NCBI GenBank assembly: GCA_030390025.1
Contig: CM059433.1
Location: forward strand, 13,332,001 to 13,396,000
Reading direction: 5' to 3'
From: Squalus acanthias
Lineage: Eukaryota
Length of the DNA: 64,000 bases
The first letter of the stretch is position 1, and each line of letters opens with the position of its first letter. Positions 34,848 to 47,885 of the stretch are shown here, one piece after another. Under the pieces are notes generated by a model, which ran no database searches, was not told where the DNA came from, and saw only the letters and a program-made list of their open reading frames with translations. The position numbers and the translations under genes were made by a program.

Positions 34848-35577
34848 TAGAACATAACATAAGAACATAAGAAATAGGAGCAGGAGTGGGTCATTTGGCC
34901 CCTCGAGCCTGCTCCGCCATTCAATAAGATCATGGCTGATCTTCTACCTCATCTCCACTTTCCTGCACTATCCCCATATCCCTTGATTCCCTTAATATTC
35001 AAAAATCTATCGATCTCTGTCTTGCATATACTCAAAGACTGCGCCTCCACAGCCCTCTGGGTACAGAGAATTCCAAAGAATCACCACCCTCTGAGTGAAG
35101 AAATTTCTCCTCATCTCAGTCCTAAATGGCCGACCCCTTATTTTGAGACTGTGACCCCTGGTTCTAGACTCCCCAGCCAGGGGAAACATCCTCCCTGCAT
35201 CTACCCTGTCGAGCCCTGTAAGAATTTTGTACGTTTCAATGAGATCGCCTCTCATTTTTCTAAACTCTAGAGAATATAGGCCTAGTCTACTCAATCTCTC
35301 CTCATAGGACAATCCCCCCCACCCCCCCACCCCCCACCCCCCCCCCCCCACCCCCCCCCACCCCCATCCCAGGAACCAGTCTGGTGAACCTTCATTGCAC
35401 TCCCTCTATGACAAGTATATCCTTCCTTAGAACTTACTGTTATACTCAAATCCTCTTGTAATAAAGGCCAACATACCATTTGCTTTCCTAATTGCTTGCT
35501 GTACCTGCATGTTAACTTTCAGTGATTCGTGTACAAGGAATCCCAGGTCCCTCTGAACACCAACATTTCCCAATCTC
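34848..35577 (-). mobile_element. CR1 LINE 3' fragment with an internal C-rich expansion (35314-35365)
   Basis: LSYEERLSRLGLYSLEFRKMRGDLIETY; AACATAAG tail. Confidence 0.9.
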
Positions 35578-36197
35578 TATAATATTGAATGTGGCATGTG
35601 CAGAATTAATTTGTTGAAAAATAGTCTCAATATAATTTACCTACTGTTGCAGAAATATCGAACTTTTCCCCTATTTTGGCCTTATTGGTTTTTTAGAGAT
35701 TTGAATGCTTTTAGATATAAAAGATCCTATGAAACATTCAAATGCATGCTTTTGTAATATAATACCTTGACACATAATGCTCTACAAAATTTCTAATGAT
35801 GAAAGTTATAAAATGCAATTACAAATATAGTGATCTTATGGTACTACGTTGATAGCTGTAGGGTTAGTTTATTTTGCGGTCAGCTCAATCTAGGGGGCCA
35901 ATTAAAAGTGTCCCCTCCTGATGTAAGTGGAGTGGTAGTGACCTGAACATGGCGCTAGGTCACGAACTGCCTTGTTCACACTGACGCTCCATCTGCCGCC
36001 ATCTTGGGTATGGTCCTGAGGTGGGCGGCCAGAGCGCCTGCTTGCTTCAGTTGGTGGGCCACTTGTGATTTCCAATTCAGGGTTCTATGGAATAAATAGA
36101 AACGCCCATTGTAATGTTGAGATACAAATGAGTGGAGCATGTGCCACACACGCTGCTGTATTTGTGCCAGCATTGAGCAGTCTAACCAGCAGTCTTT

Positions 36198-36602
36198 ACA
36201 ACAATAACAACTTCTATTTATACAGCACCTTTAACATAGTAAAACATCCCAAGGTGCTTCACAGGAGCGTTATCAAACAATATTGGACACCGAGCCACAG
36301 AAGAAGATATTGGGACAGGTGACCAAAAGCTCGGTCAAAGAGGTAGGTTTTAAGGAGTGTCTTGAACAAGGAGAGAGAGGTAGAGAGGCGGAGAGGTTTA
36401 GGCAGGGAATTCAAGAGCTTTGGACCGCGGCAGCTGAAGGCACGGCCGCCAATGGGGGAGCGATTGAAATCGGGGATGTGCAAGGTGCCAGAATTGGAGG
36501 AGCGCAGATATCTCGGAAGAGTTGTAGGGCTGGAGGAGGTTACAGAGATAGGGAGGGGGGTGAGGCCGTGGAAGGATTTGAAAACAAGGATGAGAATTTT
36601 TG
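36198..36602 (-). mobile_element. L2-type LINE 3' fragment
   Basis: IGGRAFSCRGPKLLNSLP...FKTLLKTYLFDRAF. Confidence 0.8.
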
Positions 36603-37517
36603 AATCGAGGCCACTCAGAAAACAGCCACGGCTTTTTTTTTACTTTTCTGTTTGTGGGCCCAAGAGTGCCCCCCCACCCCGCCCGCCCCTACCACCACCC
36701 CAACCTGATTGTCTCCCCCTCTCAGGTACTGACTGTCGGTGAGCTCTACATTGGAACCAGCGAGCTACCTCAGAGCAGCGGTTTGGTGTCCACAGCTCGC
36801 CGGCTCCCTGTAAATGGTACCCAGCCCTCACGGCAGTAAAGAAGGGCTGGTGATGGGTGGGTTCTGCCAGACGACCGCCTGTTGTGTGCCTCAAATTACA
36901 TTCGGCCCTTACATGTGCCTCTGTGCCTAGTACCAATGGGAGCAGCCTGCGCAGCGCACGATGTGCAATATTCTACCTCAAAAATTGCGGCCAGGTCCGA
37001 TGTACGTCAGAGGACCCCGATTTTTTTAATTCGTTTATGGGATGTGGGCGTCGCTGGCAAGGCCAGCATTTATTGCCCATCCCTAATTGCCCTTGGGATT
37101 AGCATGTTAGAATTAGGCTCCCGTCTCAATAGGCAGGCGCCTGGGCCGCCCATGTCGTGGCCCTTAGGGAAATGGCAGAAGGCAGAAATGGAGTGATTTT
37201 TGGGGTGTTACTGCCCCATTCCTACCAGGCAGGCGGAATTGAAATCCACTGTCCATGTTTCATCATGTCACGATACAGAACGTGACTTGACATCATGGCC
37301 GGTCTTCCCAGGTGTTTTTTTTTTAAAAAGACTAACACAAGAACCAACACAAATTGACAGGATATGCAGCCAGCAGGTGGTTTGACACGTTGGACCCCCT
37401 GGGACACATCTCATTGTCTTGGCTGTGCTCTTAGTGTGTCTTTGATGTAGGGAAAGATTTGAATAGATTTTGTCTGTGTTTAAATTGTGAATTCTGGGAG
37501 ATTCTCTCACTGCTAAC

Positions 37518-37645
37518 TTACCTGAGGAAGGAGCGACAGCTCCGAAAGCTTGTAAAATTAAATAAATCTGTTGGACTATAACCTGGTGTTGTGCGACTTC
37601 TCATTTTTGTCCACCCCAGTCCAACGCCGGCATCTCCACATCATG
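37518..37645 (+). mobile_element. Solo Penelope terminal repeat with hammerhead (37518-37555) and 3' tail
   Basis: TTAC-CTGAGGA-A-GGAGC..GCTCC-GAAA-GC-TT-GTAA then CTGTTGGACTATAACC...CATCTCCACATCATG. Confidence 0.8.
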
Positions 37646-38357
37646 TTTCATCAAGTTAAGATATGTTGTTGATTTACCAGGTATTTGAGCTCATTTTAAC
37701 AATTACTCCAGGTTTAATTAGGAAAATTCATTAAGTTACTACCACCTAATTGCACAATGAAAGTACTTGAAAGTTTCATAAGATTTAGTTCTGAGTTGCG
37801 AATAAAAGTTCATGCTGATCCTCTAAGTACTTGTATCCCTGTCTTAATTCGATGCTTTGCTTTGTCCATGAAAAAATGCAGACTGATTCCTTTGTTACCA
37901 GCATTCTCTGAGGAGTCTGAAGAGGCTGAACCCCATTGTATTCTTTGTTATTTTAAGTGATATCCATGCTGAGAGGCAGCAAAAACCAAAAGGGGCTGAT
38001 AAATGTTGAGACTGTGGCCAAAGGCATGTGGGGATTTTAATCTGATTGCCTTCCTTTCGTGTTGATGTCAATCCTATTTCACTATAACATCTGTAAAAGA
38101 AGAGCGTTTATTTATTTTTTATTGGCCATGGGTCCCTTGGTTCTCTTTATTTCATGTTCTCCTATTTTATACCACAAGTGGATTGAACATTGCTGATTTA
38201 TTTCACATGACTTTTTCTGCAATGAGCACTTATTTGATTCCCAAGGTTCCGCATGTTTCACGTGAAATAAATGCAAGTTGCACAACCAGTGTTGGCATCC
38301 TCTCAAACTGTCCTTCCTGACACCAATGTTTCGAGCAGTTACCACTATTTTTAATAG

Positions 38358-38765
38358 CCATGATGCGGAGATGCCGGTGTTGGACTGGGGTGGACAAAAG
38401 TGAGAAGTCGCACAACACCAGGTTATAGTCCAACAGCTTTATTTGAAATCACAAGCTTTCGGCGCGTTGCTCCTTCGTCAGGTGAAGTGAAGAAATACAT
38501 ATAGGCACAGCATATATAGTCAGAGAACACTGCCAGATGATTACAGTTAATCTTTCCAACTGCCCTTTATCACACCTTGTCTCTCTGCTGAGGTGTGATA
38601 AAGGGCAGTTAGAAAGATTAACTGTAGTCGTCTGGCAGTGTTCTCTGACTATATATGCTGTGCCCATATGTATTTCTTCACTTCACCTGACGAAGGAGCA
38701 GCGCTCCGAAAGCTTGTGATTTCAAATAAAGCTGTTGGACTAAATCCTGGTGTTGTGCGACTTCT
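38358..38765. mobile_element. Short fold-back Penelope insertion with hammerheads in both arms (38449-38485 minus, 38683-38719 plus)
   Basis: ~180-bp inverted arms; 12-bp duplication CACTATTTTTAA at 38343 and 38766. Confidence 0.88.
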
Positions 38766-39027
38766 CACTATTTTTAAGACTGCTACAAAATTCATTCTTC
38801 CTCGTTTGTTTATCTTCTTCCTGTGATTGCACGATCCCATTGTCAAACCGTGGGGAAATAAAATTAAGAGTTATGTTCCGTGTAGCCACAGGATCGCCCC
38901 GATTTCACCAATACGACCAAAGCAGATTGCCTGGTCATTCATCTCCTTGTTGTTTACGGGACTTTGCTGTGCACAAATTGGCTGCCATGTTTACCTACAT
39001 AACAACAGTGACTGCACTTCAAAAGTC

Positions 39028-39572
39028 ATACAAAAGCAAAATACTGCAGATGCTGGAAATCGGAAACAAAAACAGAAAATGCTGGAAATACTCAGCAGGT
39101 CAGGCAGCATCTGTGGAGAGAGAAACAGAGTTAACGTTTCAGGTCGATGACCCTTCGTCAGAACTGGAAAAAGCTGGAGATGGAACAGGTTTTTAAGCAA
39201 GTGTAGGGGCAGGGAAAGGGGGGAGGGGAGGAAAGAACAAAAGGGAAGGTCTGTGATAGGGTGGAAGGCAGGAGAGATTAAGAGACAAAAGGGATGACGG
39301 TGCAAGGCAAAAGGAGATGGTAATGGGACAAGTTAAGAAACAAAAGATGGCTCTAGATGAGGTGTAAATGGCAATGGCAGAATGATCGACAGCTGCCATG
39401 TGAGAGAGAGAGAAAAAATGGGAAAAAAAGAGATTGGGGCAGAGGTTATGATCTGAAATTGTTGAACTCGATGTTGAGTCCAGAAGGCTGTAAAGTGCCT
39501 AATCGAAAGATGAGGTGCTGTTCCTCGAGCTTACATTGAGCTTCATTGGAACAGTGTAAGAGGCCGAGGACG
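39028..39572 (-). mobile_element. Second Penelope-like family, 3' fragment, inserted in a DeuSINE tail
   Basis: minus strand encodes LEEQHLIFRLGTLQPSGLNIEFNNFR (GIY-YIG C-terminus); hammerhead in the 3' UTR. Confidence 0.8.
39129..39165 (-). ncRNA. minimal hammerhead ribozyme, family B
   Basis: minus strand AGTT-CTGACGA-A-GGGTC-ATC-GACCT-GAAA-CG-TT-AACT. Confidence 0.75.
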
Positions 39573-39662
39573 GTGTCATATATTGGCTGTAAAATACTTG
39601 GTAATGTCTTGAGGATGTGAAAGGTGCAAGTTCTTTATTTTTTTTATTTGCACAATGCATAA

Positions 39663-40100
39663 AAAGAAAGAAAGACTTGCATTTCTATAGCGCCTTTCAT
39701 GACCACCAGACGTCTCAAAGCGCTTTACAGCCAATGAAGTACTTTGGAAGTGGAGTCACTGTTGTAATGTGGGAAGTGCGGCAGCTCCCACAAACAGCTA
39801 TGTGATAATGACCAGATAATTTGTTTTTTTGTTATGTTGGATTGAGGGATAAATATTGGCCAGGACACCAGGGATAACTCCCCTGCTCCTCTTCGAAATA
39901 GTGCCATGGGATCGTTTACATCCACCTGAGAGAGCAGACGGGGCTCTCGGTTTAACGTCTCATCAGAAAGACGGCACCTCCGACAGTGCAGCACTCCACT
40001 GGAGTGTCAGCCTAGCTTTATGTGCTCAAGTCCCATGGAGTGGGATTTGAACCCACAACCTTCTGACTCAGAGGTGAGTGTGCTATCCACTGAGCACTGT
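39663..40100 (-). mobile_element. DeuSINE (SacSINE1-like) SINE
   Basis: reverse homolog of 5176-5620 with tRNA-like head near 40100. Confidence 0.75.
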
Positions 40101-41069
40101 TGACATAAAGAGGCAAAGTCCATTTAACTAATGAACTTATGATGTTATAGAATCATAGAATAGTGCAACACAGAAGGAAACCATTCAGCCCATCAAGTCT
40201 GTGTTTAATTTTTAAAACAATTATACATTTGGCTGAATTTTCAAGATGAGAGGAAGTCAGTGAAAGAGAATTGAACAGCTCTTCATTTGAATAGCAAAGG
40301 TAAAGGGATAAGGCTTACAGAGCAGGACACCAACGAGATTGGAAAAAGTAAAAGAGAAGATGAGGTAAATCAGGAAGCAATGATTTGATGATGCCAAGAT
40401 TTGGTTTAATAATCTTGAAGATTGCAGGGAGACTATTTCACAGCACGTGTGGATCGACCGTTGTTGATTTATCTCCAGTTTGGCGGAAGGTAAGGAGTTT
40501 CACAGATTTCAGGTCCCGTGAAAGAAGGCATTGGAGAAAGTGCCTGTGAGCTGAGTCTTGAGCCAGATTTTTCCATTTTAGCAGAAACCCATGGAAAGCC
40601 AGTGGGGCACATATTCTAAAGGCAGCCTTATTTGAATAACTTTGGCAGGCTCCTGGCAAGATTCCGACCTGTGTCAGGCAGCCTGCCTCGGGCTAGTGAG
40701 GGAAATTGTTCCTGCAACCCTCACGTTCCTGCAGCAGTGGAACATTACCAGTTGCCTCTGCGGCAGATGAAAAAATGTTTTTTCATCTAAATGTGAAATT
40801 TCCCAGGCAGAGGGAGTATAATTGATTACACTTCCTTGGTTGTTGTTGTTGTTTTGTACGATGGGAAAAGCTATAATGGGATGTCTAGTTTGGCTATCCA
40901 TTCGATGGCCTCCTGAGATGCCGAGTGGAGAAATGAGGTGCCTGATACGCTGATGAGGCCCAATTTTGGGTGAACCTCGGGCCTCTGGCTTCAAGCTCGC
41001 GCTCCCAGTACAGCACCTATTTCAGGCCGAAAACAGACCAAAATGAATTTCCACCCCATATAAACTTAA

Positions 41070-41330
41070 GGTCATCCAAAGCTCGGCTGCCCGTGTCCTA
41101 ACTCACACCAAGTCCCATTCACCCATCACTCCTGTGCTCGTTGACCTACACTGGCTCCCGGTTAAGCAACGCCTCAATTTCAAAATTCTCATCCTTGTTT
41201 TCAAATCCCTCCATGGCCTCGCCCCTTCCCTATCTCTGTAATCTCCTTCAGCCCCACAACCCCCCCGAGATATCTGCGCTCCTCAAATTCTGTCCTCTTG
41301 AGCATCCCTGATTATAATCGTTCAACCATT
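41070..41330 (+). mobile_element. L2-type LINE fragment
   Basis: encodes PITPVLVDLHWLPVKQRLNFKILILVFKSLHGLAP, an L2-type ORF2 motif. Confidence 0.75.
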
Positions 41331-42143
41331 GTACACATAGCTGAATTAGAATAGAAGAGGTAGGGCATCTCAGGACTCAATGCTGGAGCCGTTATTGTGA
41401 AGGTTGTGCATTAACGAGTGGACAAATACAAGGTGATAAGATTGGGGAAGGGAATGTAGCAGTGAACATATGAGATGAAGGTGGGACACAACACTGGAGA
41501 GAGACCAGGGGCACTGGTGGATAGCTTCTTGAAACAGTGTGGCAGCAGTCAAAAAAAGGCAAGTAAAAATTCAGACTGTCTAGCCAGAGAGACAGAACAG
41601 AAGTCTCAGGCAGCAATGGTGAGCTTGTTTAAAGCAGCAGCTAACCTACCAGTGGGGATTAGGCACCTGGGCTACGAGGAGAGATTAAGGAAGCTGGGAA
41701 TGTTTACAATGTAGAAAAGAAGACTCAGGGAAGACATTATTCAAGTTTTCGAGATTCTAAGGAGTATAACCAGAGCCTTAGTAAACAGTTTGATGGCATC
41801 ACAAGCTCTGTGTCCAGGGGCATATCCTTAAACTCTGAAGCAGGACAGTAAACAGATGGTTTAGATGTAACTACTTCACAAAATGAGTAGAGAATGAGTA
41901 AAACAGACTGCCCAGGGAGATAGTGTAGGCAGATAAGGGGCACGTTATGGAAATCATGCAGTTGGCATTGAGCCTTGCCTCCTGGGAGCCTTGCCTCCTG
42001 GGAGCATGAATCCCCCATGATTTTCCATTCATTTACTTTAAAATTAACTAGCAGATTTCTTGTGGTTTTGTTGATGGTGAGTTGGAGGATGCACTGTTTT
42101 ATAACAATAGGTTGTTATCAACATAATGTGACAGCTAGGTAAA

Positions 42144-43040
42144 ATAAGAACATAAGAAATAGGAGCAGGAGTCGGCCATTCGGCCCTTCGAGCCTGCTCC
42201 GCCATTCAATGAGATCATGGCTGATCTTCTGCCTCAACTCCATTCACCGGCCCTATCGCCATATCCCTTGATGCCCTTACTAGTCAGAAATCTATCGACT
42301 TCTGTTTTGAATATACCCAATGACTGAGCCGCCACAGCCCTCTGGGGTAGAGAATTCCAAAGATTCACCACCCTCTGTGTGAAGAAATTTCTTCTCATCT
42401 CAGTCCTGAATGGCCTACCCTTTATCCTGAGGCTGTGGCCCCTGGTTCTAGACTCCCCAGCCAAGGGAAACATTCTCCCAGCATCCACCCTATCAAGCCC
42501 TGTAATAATTTTGTATGCTTCAATGAGATCCCCTCACATTCTTCTGAATTCAAGAGAATACAGGCCTTGCTTACTCAATCTCTTCTCATAGGACAGCCCC
42601 GTCATCCCAGGAATCAATCTCGTGAACCTTTGTTGCACTCCCTCTATGGCAAGTATATCCTTCCTTAGCTAAGGAGACCAAAATTGTACACAGTACTCCA
42701 GGTGTGGTCTCACCAAGGCCCTATATAATTGGAGTGAGACTTCTTTACTCCTGTACTCAAATCCTCTTGTAATGAAGGCCAGCATACCATTTGCCTTCCT
42801 AATGGCTTGCTGCACCTGCACATTCACTTTCAGTGACTCATGTACGAGGACACCCAAGTCCCTTTGAGCATCTGCATTCCCCAATCTTTCACCATTTCGG
42901 AAATACTCTGCCTTTCAGTTTTTTCTACCAAAGTGGATAACTTCACATTTATCCACATTATATTCCATCTGCCATGTTCTCACCCACTCACTGAGCCTGT
43001 CGAGATCCCCTTGAAGCCTCTTCACATCCTCTTCACAACT
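42144..43040 (-). mobile_element. CR1 LINE 3' fragment
   Basis: QRDLGVLVHESLK, LYRALVRPHLEYCVQFWSP, RRNFFTQRVV. Confidence 0.9.
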
Positions 43041-43051
43041 GACACAAATAA

Positions 43052-43325
43052 AGTACTTGCATTTCTGTAGCGTCTTTCATGACCTCAGGACATCCCAAAG
43101 CACTTTACAGCCAATGAAGTACTTTTGAAGTGGAGTCACTGTTGTAATGCAGAAAACACAGCAGTCAATTTGCGCACAGCAAGCTCCCACAGACAGCAAT
43201 GTGATAATGACCAGATAATCTGTTTTAGTGATGTTGGTTGAGGGATAAATATTGACCAGGACACCGGGGAGAACTTCCCTGCTCTTCATGGAAGTAGTGG
43301 CATGGGATCTGTTACATCTACTTGA
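43052..43325 (-). mobile_element. DeuSINE 3' partial
   Basis: homology to 39663-39930. Confidence 0.7.
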
Positions 43326-43842
43326 GCAGATGTATGACAGGAAGTAAGTGTGATGCTTAAGGGAAGAGTGCACTATATGCAAGACCTTTAATATATTTAA
43401 TGGATCTCCTGTGGTGTTACTCGTGCAAATTGATGGATAAGGTTTCTCGTTTACCTAGCTCTGTCGTGTTCATGCCGCTGTTTTTTCCCTGTATCTCGTC
43501 TTCTGTTTTCGCCACTCTCTTCCTCTTCCCTCCTGCTCATCTCTGCGTTTCTCTTCTTTCTTGCTTGTCTCTACTCTTTTGTTTCAGTCTTTCTCAATTT
43601 CTTTCTCTTTGGCTGGGTGGTGCGACAGTGAAGGGAGCTGCTGGGAGGGGCTGCACCCCACATTCTCCAGTCTGAAAAATGTGGTTTGTAAGCCTTGATG
43701 GCTTCCTCCATGTGCCTCACTGCACCCCTGCCCTTGCCACTGCACCCTTGCTCCTAGCATGTCCTTAACCCTTGTTCCTTTCTTATTTTCCAATTCCATC
43801 CTCCTAGCCCTATCCTGTATCCCCTGTAACTATATCCTCAGT

Positions 43843-44003
43843 TATTTTAGACACAAAAGGCATCAAGGGGTATGGGAGAGAGCGGGAATATGGTATTGAG
43901 ATAGAGGATCAGCCATGATCGTGTCGAATGGTGGAGCAGGCTCGAAGGGCCGAATGGCCTACTCCTGCTCCTATTTTTCTACATTTCTATGTTTCTATGT
44001 TTC
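43843..44003 (+). mobile_element. CR1 3' UTR/tail
   Basis: GGGCCGAATGGCCTACTCCTGCTCCT + (TTTCTATG)n. Confidence 0.8.
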
Positions 44004-44109
44004 TCGGCCCTCCCTCCTCATCACATATCCCCCTTCTTCTGCCATCATGTCCCCCTCACTGCCATCCATCGTCACTTCAAAGCTGAGCCCCCATTAAATT
44101 GCAAACATA

Positions 44110-46432
44110 GGCCTAGAAATTGGATAGCGCGCAAAAACGGGCGGTGCCACTGCAGCCTGAGGTTAACCCAGCCCGTAAAAAGAGCGCAGCCTGCATCATT
44201 ATTTTGGTGCTGCTTGCTGATTTAAATGATTGCAGCGCAGAACCTATCGCATTGTTTCAGGCAGTGCGCGCAGCAGGCGGCCCAATGTAGCGTGGCCGTA
44301 GCGTCCCTGGAGCAAAGCGCCATTGTCTTAAAGCTAGCCTGTCATTTTAGAAAGCAGTCTCAAGCCCTTAAAGGGGAATTGCCTTCTAAAATAAAGGCAG
44401 TCTTTAGCCCTTCGAGCTCAACTGCCTTCTGGAAAAATAAATTAAAAATAATTCCAAAATGGCAGTCTGCAGCTCTTAAAGCATTCTGAACTGCATTCTG
44501 CACGTAACAAATGGTAAAAGTGTTTCAGCCCTAATGGCTCAACAAGCCAGGGAAGGGTCTCGCACGCAGCACTCCAGCTTTGTGCAGGAGGTCAACACTG
44601 GTAGAGAGGTCCTCTACCCACAGGGGGCCAGGAGGCCCTCCAGAAAGAAGGATGTGCGACCAGATCACAGAGGCCACCACTGCCAGCAGTGTCGCCCTCT
44701 AGGACCTGGCTCCAGTACCCAAAGGAGTTTCACGACCTCAGACCAGTGGTCAAGGTCAGTGACTGCATCTTCAAAAGCCGTCTCCTACCAACTGCACCAC
44801 TAGCCTCACACACTGCTCAATGCACGACCCCTCCCAACACCATCACTAACCAAATCTCTACCAAACACATGGCCCACCTCATAGACCTAGCTTCACCTCA
44901 TCCCCTTGGAGCAGACAGTGCTGGTCATTCTTGGCAGGGGCATGGCTGAGCCCTTGGCCAGTGGCGGGGCAGAAAGAATACAAGATGCCGGTATCTACAT
45001 ACGTTATCCTCCTTCTCACATCCCACCTCCCCCTCATCCTACAATCTCTTCTGAAGTACAAGGTGCGCATGGTGTAAGCATGCAGCTCTTGCTTTCCTGC
45101 CCTCCCCTCACCACAACCCTACCCTTGTGCCTTCCTCATTTCAGACACCCAAGAAATGTAGCCTGCCCAGCCAGTGGTTGACCAAGAAGAGGGAGAGGAG
45201 AGTGATGAAGAAGAAGAAGAAACACTACCACTCCATTTCACACTCTCAGTCACCAGCTCCTCGAGCTCATCCTGCAAGGCCAGCTGCAGTGTCCCCCACT
45301 GAAAGTCAGCAGCCTTCCACCAACCATGCTGCAGCCACTGGGGTAGCATTGCGTTACATCACTAGGATAGGCAAAGGCACACACAAGAAAATCACTAAGG
45401 GAATGCACAAGGGTGATTAGTTGATTTCTTGATGTCATATTGGATGCATTAATGGATAAAGTTGGATTGGAAAGTTAGCTTTGTGGCGGCTTTTAGTTCA
45501 GCAGTGTGGCCAAGAGGACGCTGTGATGGTCAATAACAGAGGGAAGGGAAGGTGTGGGACAAATGTTGAAGGGGGAATTGGGGTTGTGGTCACTGGTACT
45601 GCAGGCGGATGATTCCATCCCAGATATCCCGGCCAGAAAGGGGCTGTCTGGGTTGCATTCCTCCTTCCGCTTCCTTCTCTCTGCGTCTTCCTCTTCTGTT
45701 TTCTCCTCTTCCCTCTGTGAGCAGCTTGTCCCCTTTGCTGCCTCTGCTTCCTCTCTATGTGCCCCCCAGGACTGTGAGCAAGTGGTCTTCTCAGAGGCAA
45801 AATACTGCGGATGCTGGAAATCTGAAATAAAAGCAGAAAATGCTCGAAATACTCCACAGGTCAGGCAGCGTCTCGACCTGAAATGTTAACTCTGTTTCTC
45901 TCTCCACAGATGCTGCCTGACTTGCTGAATGTTTCCAGCATTTTCTGTCTTCTCAGAGGATTTCCTTTACCATCCAAAACCTTGCAAGCGTCCAGCAGCA
46001 CTCCCTGCACACTTTAACAACTTTTTATATGTATTGCACCAAGCCACTACTTCAATAAAAACATTTTAAAAGTCCAAAAGCTGAAATCCAAACTTACCTG
46101 AAAGATGTGCGTGACCCTTTAAGAAGCGCTGACAGTGTCACTGCAGGGTTGCTACATGCACGTTTTTCTGTGCATAGTTAAGACAGGGTGTGGCATGCGG
46201 CGACATCCAAAATAGCAGTCGTGGCGTTAAATCAGGCATTGTATGCCGATTGACATCACGATCTGCTCATTTAAATTTGCGAGGTCATTGCTGGCAACGG
46301 CAACGCTGTGGCCCTCACCAAGATGGCAGCCACCGTGTCCCACACCGGAAGCAGGTGGAAGCGAGGCAGCCACCATTTCTTTTTAACAAAACCGGCCTTA
46401 ACGTCCGGCGCTACAGCGGGGAATTTCTGTCT
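44110..46432 (+). mobile_element. Decayed, internally deleted Harbinger element (Myb relic ~44534-45420 plus, transposase C-terminal relic ~45500-45780 minus)
   Basis: GGCCTAGAAATT-type end; QEVNTGREVLYPQGARRP and QQPST..AAATG..LR segments echo the young Myb gene; right boundary uncertain. Confidence 0.55.
45798..45946. mobile_element. Tiny fold-back remnant of Penelope family B
   Basis: 13-bp TSD GTCTTCTCAGAGG (45785-45797, 45947-45959); inverted halves homologous to 39035-39145. Confidence 0.8.
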
Positions 46433-46991
46433 ATGTCCCTTTGTAACTTCCTGCTCCCATCTACACAACTTACTGTGCCCCCTAACTTTTCTGATGAGCC
46501 TCCACTCTCTGGAACCAGCGCCCAAGCCAAAGTAGCCCATATCCCCAATCTGTGGCCCTCATTTTCAAGTGATATATCAGCCTCGGCCCCATTCTTCCAT
46601 CCCCACCACCATAATCAAAAATATGCGCTCCTCTATCCAGCTTGAATGTAAAACCTAATTTGCCTAGACCACTCTCTCCTGCCTTATTGCAAACTGGAAC
46701 TTCCCTATAGTGACCAAGGTCATATAGCTTGGACTGGAGTGAAGGCAGAAGGCCTGGAGCTAGACAGCAAAACTTAAAGAAACTAATTGCCAACTAATGA
46801 ACCAGAAGGATGACATTGGGGGAATCTGAGAATTGGAATCAGAGTACCCCGCTTCCTGATGTGTCCTCCTGCTGGGTGAAGCTCTGTGCTGGCAGTGCAT
46901 TTTTGTAAAAGTATCCCTATACTCTCAGCAAATTCAAAAGGGGGCTAGTTAGTTTTTTCAGTAAAAGAATGATTGAAAGGTAGAAGAAAGA

Positions 46992-47214
46992 GAGGTAGAA
47001 ATTGGTATGCGTTGCGCCCATTTCTTGGACGCAACTGATACTGATTTAGCTGTGGGACAGTCTGTGTTCAATCTGCGCAAGCGTTGGACCTATTGCTAAA
47101 TTCGTGGGGCCCATTTTTTAGGCAAACCAGGCCTTCGGAGGCGCGACCAGTGCTGGCATCTCACCTCATTGATCCTCGGGCCTGTTGATTCAGGCCCAGA
47201 CTAATTTCTGCTCC
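46992..47214. mobile_element. Degenerate Harbinger-type MITE, TSD AGA
   Basis: GAGGTAGAAATT / AATTTCTGCTCC; AGA flanks. Confidence 0.5.
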
Positions 47215-47599
47215 AGAGAGTACAGTATGGTATTTTTCAAAGCTTGGGCCCAGCTGCATCGGAAACACTGCTATGCTCTATAAATAGAGATGTACTGCAG
47301 ACATTACCCCGACACATCCAAGTGGTTTACTTACTTCCTAGAGAAACTTTGAAAGAACATTTTCCTGCAGGAAATGCAATAAACAGAGAAGACTATCATG
47401 GGGTTTGCAAGCAATAACGTGACGGTACATGGAAACCTCTGAATATATACTGTAGTCCTAAAGTGGTGAAATTGTTCTGTTCTGTAATCCTTTGAGTAAT
47501 ATCCTAGGATTTTATTTTTACCTACTAGTTGAGCTCCTGGGGTGTTGCACATAGGGAGTCAAGGCCAAGTGCAGTATTCAGGTCAGGTGGGGTTAGAGG

Positions 47600-47885
47600 T
47601 TCCAGGATAACCAGACCTGCTTGGGGGGGGGGCGGGGGGGGGTGTTGGGATTTGGGGAACGAGAGGAGGCAGAAGAGAAGGGAAGTGGGAGGGAGAGAGG
47701 AAGTGAAGAGGAGGGGGAAATGAGTAGCGAAGGTGAATGGGGAGGCGGGCAGGGAGGAGAGAGGGAGAGAAGAGGAACAGGAGCAAGAAGAGGGCTTAGA
47801 GGAGCTGGTGAATAAGGAGGGAATGGAGATGGGAGAGATTAGGTAGGGAAAGTAGGGTTAGGTAGGGAAACTATCTCAGTAGGGG
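47600..47885. repeat. purine-rich low-complexity tract
   Basis: G/A-rich sequence. Confidence 0.85.

Noticed and set aside
40030..40100. tRNA gene
   Set aside because: It is the tRNA-derived head of a SINE (also 5176, 60850, 25915); no complete cloverleaf.
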